A stretch of 64,000 nucleotides of DNA. Source: Trueperaceae bacterium (GTDB lineage Bacteria; Deinococcota; Deinococci; Deinococcales; Trueperaceae). The stretch spans positions 96,001 to 160,000 of the forward strand of contig JBBDRK010000049.1 in assembly GCA_040905465.1 (NCBI GenBank), read 5' to 3'. Below the pieces are notes generated by a model. The model had not been told where the DNA came from. It searched no databases and saw only the letters and a program-made list of their open reading frames with translations. This document shows positions 58,512 through 64,000 of this stretch, piece by piece. Each line of letters opens with the position of its first letter. Position 1 is the first letter of the stretch. The position numbers were made by a program, and so were the translations under genes.

Positions 58512-58796
58512 ATGATCATTGTGTCCGGAAAACTTTACGTCGATCCAATCGTTCGCGACTCGTACCTTGCGGACTGCCGCGACATAATCGAGAAGGCGAG
58601 AAGCACGGATGGTTGCATTGACTTCCACATTGCTGCCGATCCCTTGGAAAGTGACCGCATAAACGTGTTCGAGCAGTGGGCGTCGATTGCCGACCTAGAG
58701 GTTTTTCGCGGCTCTGGACCATCATCTGAGCAGGCCGCTCAGATCCGCGAGGCACAGGTATCTCAGCATGAGGTTGGCTCGTCACAGAAGCTGTGA
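58512..58796 (+). CDS. Antibiotic biosynthesis monooxygenase (ABM) family / putative quinol monooxygenase
   Basis: MIIVSG.L.V, R...GC.DF...D and VFE.W; GGAGGTG RBS. Confidence 0.85.
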   Translation: MIIVSGKLYVDPIVRDSYLADCRDIIEKARSTDGCIDFHIAADPLESDRINVFEQWASIADLEVFRGSGPSSEQAAQIREAQVSQHEVGSSQKL

Positions 58797-58931
58797 AACT
58801 CGCGAAGAAGCTGGCCGGATACTTTGGAGTCGTCGTCGGGCTCTTCGTCTGACATTGTTGTACGGCACGGGACCAGTCAAATTGCGCCCACAGAGTCAAT
58901 ATTCGCTTCGGGGAGCCAGCCGGTTCTCCCT

Positions 58932-60470
58932 TCAGCCATTCATCCAGACGAACCTCACCCGGCTCCCTGCCGCCAGTTGCCCTGCCTTGTGCAGGTCGCC
59001 GGGATGCAGCAGAGCCGGCTTTACATATCCGCCCAGGGTCCCGCGGTCGTTCAGCAGGAGAATCGGCGAGCCGCCGGGAGGAACCTGGATCGCGCCGAGA
59101 GGGACGGCCTCTGAGAGGATCTCGCCGCCCGGAACGAGGTCCCCGTCGAACCGGACGCCCAGCCGATCGGCCGACGCCACCCGGAAGCGCCCCCTCGATG
59201 GGCCGGCGGTAAGCGCTTCGGCCGCCTCCTTCGATTCCTGCGGTCCGGGCAACAAGCGCAGGACGACCGGATCCTCCGGCCGGCGGTGAGGCCTGAACGA
59301 GAATCCCGGCCGAGCCGAGCTTCGAGCCGCAACAGCAAGCAGGTCACCGGCTGCGAGGCGACTTCCGATCATGCCCCTCAAGTCGGTCGAGGAACTCCCG
59401 GAGAAAGAGTTGGCAGCAATGCCTCCGGCGAGTGCCAGATAGCCCCGGCAGCCCACCCGCTCTCTCCCGCGGCCGAACCTTGCGTCGGCAAACGAGAGAA
59501 CGTCGCCCCGGCTTACCGTGAAAGAGCGGAAGGGATCGACTTCCTGGCCGTTCAACAGGGGCGACAGGCCCCATCCGGCATAGGCCAGAACGCCCGGAGC
59601 GACCACCTCGAGCACAGGACCCCGCAAGTTCATCTCCAGCAAGGGGGCGGCGGCGACGTTGCCCAACAGGGCGTTGGCCAGCGCGGCGGAACGAGGATCC
59701 AGCGGCCCGCCACGGCTGAGACCGAATCGGCCCACCAGGAAGCGGCCGCGGTCGACCACCAGATCGAGCAGTCCCGGCTCGCGTACCAGCAGGAGGGGCA
59801 GTTTCGGTTCGGCAGGCAGGAGAGCTACCGGAGCCGGCTCGTCGGGCGGTATGCCCTCCGCGGGATTGAAACGGACCCTGTCGCCCGGCCGCAGCAGGAA
59901 CGGCTCCTCACGATGCGGGTCATACACCCTGACCAATGCCCGGCCGACAAGCTGCCAGCCGCCGGGCGACGCCAGCGGGTATATCCCGGTCTGGGGGCCT
60001 GCGATGGCGACCGAGTGCGCGGGGACGCGTTTGCGGGGGGACGGGTGGCGGGGCACTCGAATTTCGGCCGGTACCTCGCCCATGAACGGGAATCCCGGCG
60101 AGAATCCCATGGCGTACACACGGTACTGCTCGGCGCTGTGGCGCTCGATCACCTGGGCGGAAGTCAGCCCGGAGCGCTCGGCGACGTTCGGCAGATCTTC
60201 TCCGCCATATGCCACCGGAATCTCGACATCACTGCCGGAGTGGGACAATTCGTTCTCGGCATGGCGCTCCACCCACCTGCGAACGCGGCCTTCGCTCACC
60301 CGCCAGGCGTCATACTCCACGTACAGCGACGCGTAGCCGGGTAGCAGGTCGGTGACTCCCGCTGGTACGTCTGCCAACAGGCTAGCCGCAAGAGCGTGAA
60401 CCCGAGCGTTGGCGAGCGGGTCCATCGACTCGGAGAATCGCAGGTAGATGCCACGCGGGTAGTGGTTCAG
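58932..60470 (-). CDS. pxpB: Fused 5-oxoprolinase subunits B and C (PxpB-PxpC / KipI-KipA)
   Basis: P.Y.SL, IPV.YG..DL, GF.PGF, YP..SPGGW..GR (PxpB); D.GR, G..D, AN.LLGN, DR.G, GAIQVP and T.GGY (PxpC). The open frame extends to CTG 60470; the first ATG is at 60425. Confidence 0.88.
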   Translation of the reverse strand: MNHYPRGIYLRFSESMDPLANARVHALAASLLADVPAGVTDLLPGYASLYVEYDAWRVSEGRVRRWVERHAENELSHSGSDVEIPVAYGGEDLPNVAERSGLTSAQVIERHSAEQYRVYAMGFSPGFPFMGEVPAEIRVPRHPSPRKRVPAHSVAIAGPQTGIYPLASPGGWQLVGRALVRVYDPHREEPFLLRPGDRVRFNPAEGIPPDEPAPVALLPAEPKLPLLLVREPGLLDLVVDRGRFLVGRFGLSRGGPLDPRSAALANALLGNVAAAPLLEMNLRGPVLEVVAPGVLAYAGWGLSPLLNGQEVDPFRSFTVSRGDVLSFADARFGRGRERVGCRGYLALAGGIAANSFSGSSSTDLRGMIGSRLAAGDLLAVAARSSARPGFSFRPHRRPEDPVVLRLLPGPQESKEAAEALTAGPSRGRFRVASADRLGVRFDGDLVPGGEILSEAVPLGAIQVPPGGSPILLLNDRGTLGGYVKPALLHPGDLHKAGQLAAGSRVRFVWMNG

Positions 60471-60479
60471 GCGTCTCCC

Positions 60480-61241
60480 CTAATACGCCCGGACGCTTAC
60501 GCCGGCCGATTCGAGCGTCTCCCGGACCGCCTTGGCGATCTCGACCGACTCGGGATTGTCGCCGTGGATGCACAGTGTCTGTGGCTCGAGTACAATGCTG
60601 CCGCCGTCGAGGGTCTCGACCGGCTCGCCCCGCGCCATCCGCAAGGCGCGCTCGCCTGCGAGGCGGGGCTCGCGAATCAGCGAACCGGCAACGCTGCGAG
60701 GAGCAAGCAGACCGTTGGCAAGGTAGCCACGGTCGGGGAACGCCTCGCGAACCACCCACGCCCCTTCGGCCTCTGCCGCCCGCTGCATGGCAGTGCCGGC
60801 CAGAACTACCAGGGGCAGCGAGCGCTGGAAGGCTCTGACCGCGGCTGCCACCGCGCGCGTGAGTTCGTCATCGCCGAGCATCTGCATATAAAGCGCCCCG
60901 TGCGGCTTCACGTGATGGAGCGTGAGCCCCTCCGAGCGGACGAACGCGTCGAGAGCGCCGACCTGATAGAGGACGTCGGCATACGCCTCCTCCGCTGCCA
61001 GGCTCAACTCGCGCCGCCCGAAACCGACCCGGTCGGCATGGCCGGGATGCGCGCCAACGGCGACTCGGTGTTGCCCGGCCAGCCGTACCGAGCGGCGCAT
61101 GGTGAGCGGGTCGCCGGCATGGAAGCCGCACGCGAGATTCACCGAGCTGACCAGCGGGTAGAGTTGCTCGTCTCGTCCCATCGGCCAGGGCCCGAAAGAC
61201 TCGCCGGCGTCGGCATTGATGTCGATAGCGTCTGCCGCCAT
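60480..61241 (-). CDS. pxpA: 5-oxoprolinase subunit A (LamB/YcsF family)
   Basis: DIN.D.GESFG, N.ACGFHAGD, GAHP...D..GFGRR, HVKPHGALY, E.F.DR.Y and CIHGD. Confidence 0.94.
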   Translation of the reverse strand: MAADAIDINADAGESFGPWPMGRDEQLYPLVSSVNLACGFHAGDPLTMRRSVRLAGQHRVAVGAHPGHADRVGFGRRELSLAAEEAYADVLYQVGALDAFVRSEGLTLHHVKPHGALYMQMLGDDELTRAVAAAVRAFQRSLPLVVLAGTAMQRAAEAEGAWVVREAFPDRGYLANGLLAPRSVAGSLIREPRLAGERALRMARGEPVETLDGGSIVLEPQTLCIHGDNPESVEIAKAVRETLESAGVSVRAY

Positions 61242-61430
61242 GCCCTCAGTATCCTCCCGATCGTCCGCAGCCTACGGTAGTCGCTTCGGCCGCTGCAGCG
61301 GTAGCACGAACGCGTGGGCCTTGGGAGGCCGTTGTCCCTGCCGCCGCGAGTTTCGCCGCAAAGAACTGTCCATTCATGCTAGCTTGAAACTGCATACTGA
61401 GGAGTCAGGAACAAGGGGAGGGAGAGACAC

Positions 61431-62408
61431 ATGAAAGTTCTGTTTTCAGGCTTGGCAACGGCGCTCGTGCTACTTGCCGGAACCGCTGCCGCCCAGGACG
61501 ACCGTTTGGTCAATGTGGGCATGGAGGCGGTCGGGACGTTCTCCTGGATCAACTTCGCTATGGAGCACTACGGCATCGATGAGGAGCTCGGCTTCGACAT
61601 CGAAACCACCAGTTATGCGACGAAACAGGCCAAGCAGTTGGCGCTGCAGTCCGGAGAGTCCGACCTGGTTGTCGACGACATCACCGGCGTTGCGCTATGG
61701 CACGAACAGGGGCTCGACGTGAAGGGCGTCTACCCATACAGCCTCGCTACCGGCGGGGTGGTGGTAAGGGCCGACAGCGACATCCATAGTATTGCCGACC
61801 TTCGCGGGCGCACCATCGCCGCCACAGACCTCGGCGACAAGAGCCTGCTGATCCTGCGCTCGCTGGCGGTCGGAGAGCACGGCTTCGACCCACAGGAAGA
61901 CGGCGAAGTCGTGGCCGCCGCGCCACCGCTGATGTCGGAGTTGCTGGCGCGCGGCGAAATCGACGCCGCCATTCCGCCCTGGCACTTCGTCGCCCGAATG
62001 GTCGGCACCGGCGATTTCCGCGAGATCGTCTCGGCAGTGGACATGCTCGGCGAGCTCGGAGCTTCGCAAGACATGCCGATCCTTATGGTCGCCGCGCGCA
62101 CCGACATGGACCCGGCGCTGCTCAGCGACTACCTTCAGGCGATGAACATGACCATCGAACGCATGCGAGGCGACGACGAGATCTTCGAACTGATCCTCGA
62201 GGAGGAGCTTTACAGCCTGCCCGATCGGTCGGTGTTCCCACAGGTGATCGAACGCTGGGAGGCGGGGATTCCGCAACGCTGGGACCAGGACGTGATTGAC
62301 GGTATCGTCGAGCTCATCGACGACATGGTCGACCTGGCGGGAACCGAGGTCGTGGGCGTTCAGGGTGGCGACGCTGACGCGTTCACGGCGGAGTTCAATC
62401 CGGAGTAA
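61431..62408 (+). CDS. ABC substrate-binding protein, SsuA/TauA/NMT1-like
   Basis: Signal peptide; AL..G..D, I.SIADLRG.TIA and L..GEIDAA; followed by matching permease and ATPase genes. Confidence 0.85.
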   Translation: MKVLFSGLATALVLLAGTAAAQDDRLVNVGMEAVGTFSWINFAMEHYGIDEELGFDIETTSYATKQAKQLALQSGESDLVVDDITGVALWHEQGLDVKGVYPYSLATGGVVVRADSDIHSIADLRGRTIAATDLGDKSLLILRSLAVGEHGFDPQEDGEVVAAAPPLMSELLARGEIDAAIPPWHFVARMVGTGDFREIVSAVDMLGELGASQDMPILMVAARTDMDPALLSDYLQAMNMTIERMRGDDEIFELILEEELYSLPDRSVFPQVIERWEAGIPQRWDQDVIDGIVELIDDMVDLAGTEVVGVQGGDADAFTAEFNPE

Positions 62409-62520
62409 CCGTCGTGGCAAGAGAGGGACCGGGACTGGCTGAACCGGGCATGAGCACATGATGGCGCTCTGGCAGCGAACGCGCCGGGACAGTTCATCGT
62501 TTCTACAACCTGAACGATTT

Positions 62521-62552
62521 TCGCGGGACCTCCTGGCCACGAGGTCCCGCGA
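62521..62552 (+). other. Perfect 12-bp stem-loop in the binding protein-permease spacer
   Basis: TCGCGGGACCTC-ctggccac-GAGGTCCCGCGA; no U-tract follows. Confidence 0.7.
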
Positions 62553-62640
62553 GTCGGCTACGCGAGACACACGCGCTTCTCTCCTGACGCCTCCGCCGGA
62601 TGCGGCCATCGCACGGATTGCGTGATAGCTTTTTAGCGAG

Positions 62641-63507
62641 GTGCCCCGAAGCGAGGTTGGGTTGAGACAGGCAAGCCGGAGCGAGCAGCGGAGCGGGGGC
62701 GAGAACTCGAACCGAGCCGGTAAACGGCCGAAGATCGACCCGCTGACATTGGAGAACTGGCTCTATCGGCCGGCGTCGTTGCTCTCCATCGTCCTGGTCT
62801 GGCTGGTGCTCGCGCGGATACTGGGCGAACAGATACTGCCCGGTCCCGTGAGTACATTCGAGTTCCTGTGGAGTCAATTGGAGCGCGGCGCGTTGACGCG
62901 CCACATAGGCATCACCATGTACCGGGTACTCGTGGCATTCAGCGTCGCCATGGTGCTCGGCGTCGTCCTCGGCATGCTGATGGGTTTATCGCGCGTCGTG
63001 GACCGGCTGATGGAGGCATGGCTGATCGTCGGCCTCACGGTTCCCAGGATAATGCTCTTCGTGGTCGCCTATCTCATGCTCGGCCTCAACGACACCTCCG
63101 CGATCGTCGCACTGGTGTTCACCGTCATTCCCACGATCATCGTGCAGTTGCGCGAGGGCACCCGTGCCGTCGACCAGAAACTGGTGGAGATGGCGCGAGC
63201 CTACCGCCGATCGGACTTCACGATCTGGCGCCAGGTAATCTTCCCCCAACTGCTGCCTTACTTCATCGGAACGGCGCGCGGCGCCTTGTCGCTGGCCTGG
63301 AAGATGGTCATCCTCGCCGAACTGCTGGGGCGAACCAGCGGAGTCGGCTACCAGATCACCTTCTACTTCCAGATGTTCAACATGCGGGGGATCCTTGCCT
63401 ACGGGGTTGCCATGATGCTGGTGCTGGCCGTTATCGACCTGACGTTTGTCGGCCTTACCCAGCGCTTCGGCTTCCGCTGGCGGCGCTCCGGAAGGTACAC
63501 CGGTTAG
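62641..63507 (+). CDS. ABC permease, SsuC/TauC-like (start uncertain)
   Basis: LPGP, T.YRV, G.RAVD..LVEMAR, P.LLP and W..VI.AEL.G...GVGY. Confidence 0.88.
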   Translation: MPRSEVGLRQASRSEQRSGGENSNRAGKRPKIDPLTLENWLYRPASLLSIVLVWLVLARILGEQILPGPVSTFEFLWSQLERGALTRHIGITMYRVLVAFSVAMVLGVVLGMLMGLSRVVDRLMEAWLIVGLTVPRIMLFVVAYLMLGLNDTSAIVALVFTVIPTIIVQLREGTRAVDQKLVEMARAYRRSDFTIWRQVIFPQLLPYFIGTARGALSLAWKMVILAELLGRTSGVGYQITFYFQMFNMRGILAYGVAMMLVLAVIDLTFVGLTQRFGFRWRRSGRYTG

Positions 63508-63514
63508 TCGCGCG

Positions 63515-64000
63515 ATGGCCGGGATCCTGGTTTCAGGCGTAAGCAAGAGTTACATTCTGCCCGACGGCAGCGAGCGGCAGGCTCTCGACGAGATCGACCT
63601 GAAGATCGACGACGGCGAGTTCGTATGCCTGCTCGGACCCTCGGGCTGCGGCAAGACGACACTGCTGAACATCCTCAGCGGTCTCGACCGCGACTACCGG
63701 GGGAGCGTGGAGTTCACCGGTACCGGGGAGCCGGTATTCAGCTATATGTTCCAGGAGTCTCGGCTGTTGCCCTGGCTCACCGTTCGGGAGAACCTGCGCT
63801 TCGTTCTGGACCAGGAACAGCGAGGACAGCCGGGCCGGACCATGATCGACGACTGGCTCGAGCGGGTCGGCCTGGCAGCCTCCGGCGGAGACTACCCGTC
63901 ACAACTGTCCGTGGGAATGCAGCAGCGCGTGGCGCTGGTCCGGGCGTTGATAGTGGGACCGGAAGCGCTGTACATGGACGAGCCGCTCAGCTCCCTCGAT
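63515..64000 (+). CDS. ABC ATP-binding protein, SsuB/TauB-like (runs off the window)
   Basis: My translation: MAGILVSGVSKSY...[16 protein letters not shown]...FQESRLLPWLTV..N...YPSQLSVGMQQRVALVRAL...MDEPLSSLD. Confidence 0.93.
   Translation, partial: MAGILVSGVSKSYILPDGSERQALDEIDLKIDDGEFVCLLGPSGCGKTTLLNILSGLDRDYRGSVEFTGTGEPVFSYMFQESRLLPWLTVRENLRFVLDQEQRGQPGRTMIDDWLERVGLAASGGDYPSQLSVGMQQRVALVRALIVGPEALYMDEPLSSLD

Noticed and set aside
62595-62606. GCCGGATGCGGC resembling the enterobacterial REP core
   Set aside because: A single 12-nt match in GC-rich DNA; I noticed no other copies in the window.
1-64000. tRNA, rRNA, integrase, transposase or prophage genes
   Set aside because: None recognised by eye; tRNAscan-SE, Infernal and ISEScan would be needed to exclude short or degenerate elements.

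Overview
GC-rich bacterial DNA made up almost entirely of nutrient uptake and catabolism genes. The signal peptides ending in A-Q and a Thermus-type fused PxpBC suggest Deinococcota (Trueperaceae-like); this is inference. In order along the window: (1) a peptide-type ABC binding protein, a FadR regulator, an atypical proline-racemase-family enzyme and a DUF1338 gene; (2) a LacI-controlled divergent locus with a sugar ABC transporter, GH42 and a PhyH dioxygenase on one side and araB-araD-araA plus a Zn-dehydrogenase on the other; (3) back-to-back 5'-truncated dnaE2-like and udgX remnants; (4) a GntR/UTRA-controlled sugar ABC operon with M42-like, PfkB, Cof-HAD and BtpA/SgcQ genes (sgc-like); (5) an Xre-RES toxin-antitoxin pair; (6) a long minus-strand run: M20, IclR, Pot-like ABC, AroM, DUF1177, hydantoinase/oxoprolinase A and B, a 15-bp repeat array, a quinone oxidoreductase and lutABC; (7) an Ugp-like ABC transporter; (8) an ectoine/hydroxyectoine catabolic operon of unusual make-up (GntR, MetB-like, Hom, ALDH, eutB, eutC, eutD; no eutE or aminotransferase); (9) a frameshifted HigB-like toxin with an intact antitoxin; (10) pxpA-pxpBC and a Ssu/Tau-type ABC transporter. 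No rRNA, tRNA, CRISPR array or intact transposase was recognised. The best candidates for undescribed systems are the AroM/DUF1177/hydantoinase cluster, the sgc-like ABC cluster and the variant ectoine pathway. All family calls come from reading motifs by eye, not from database searches.
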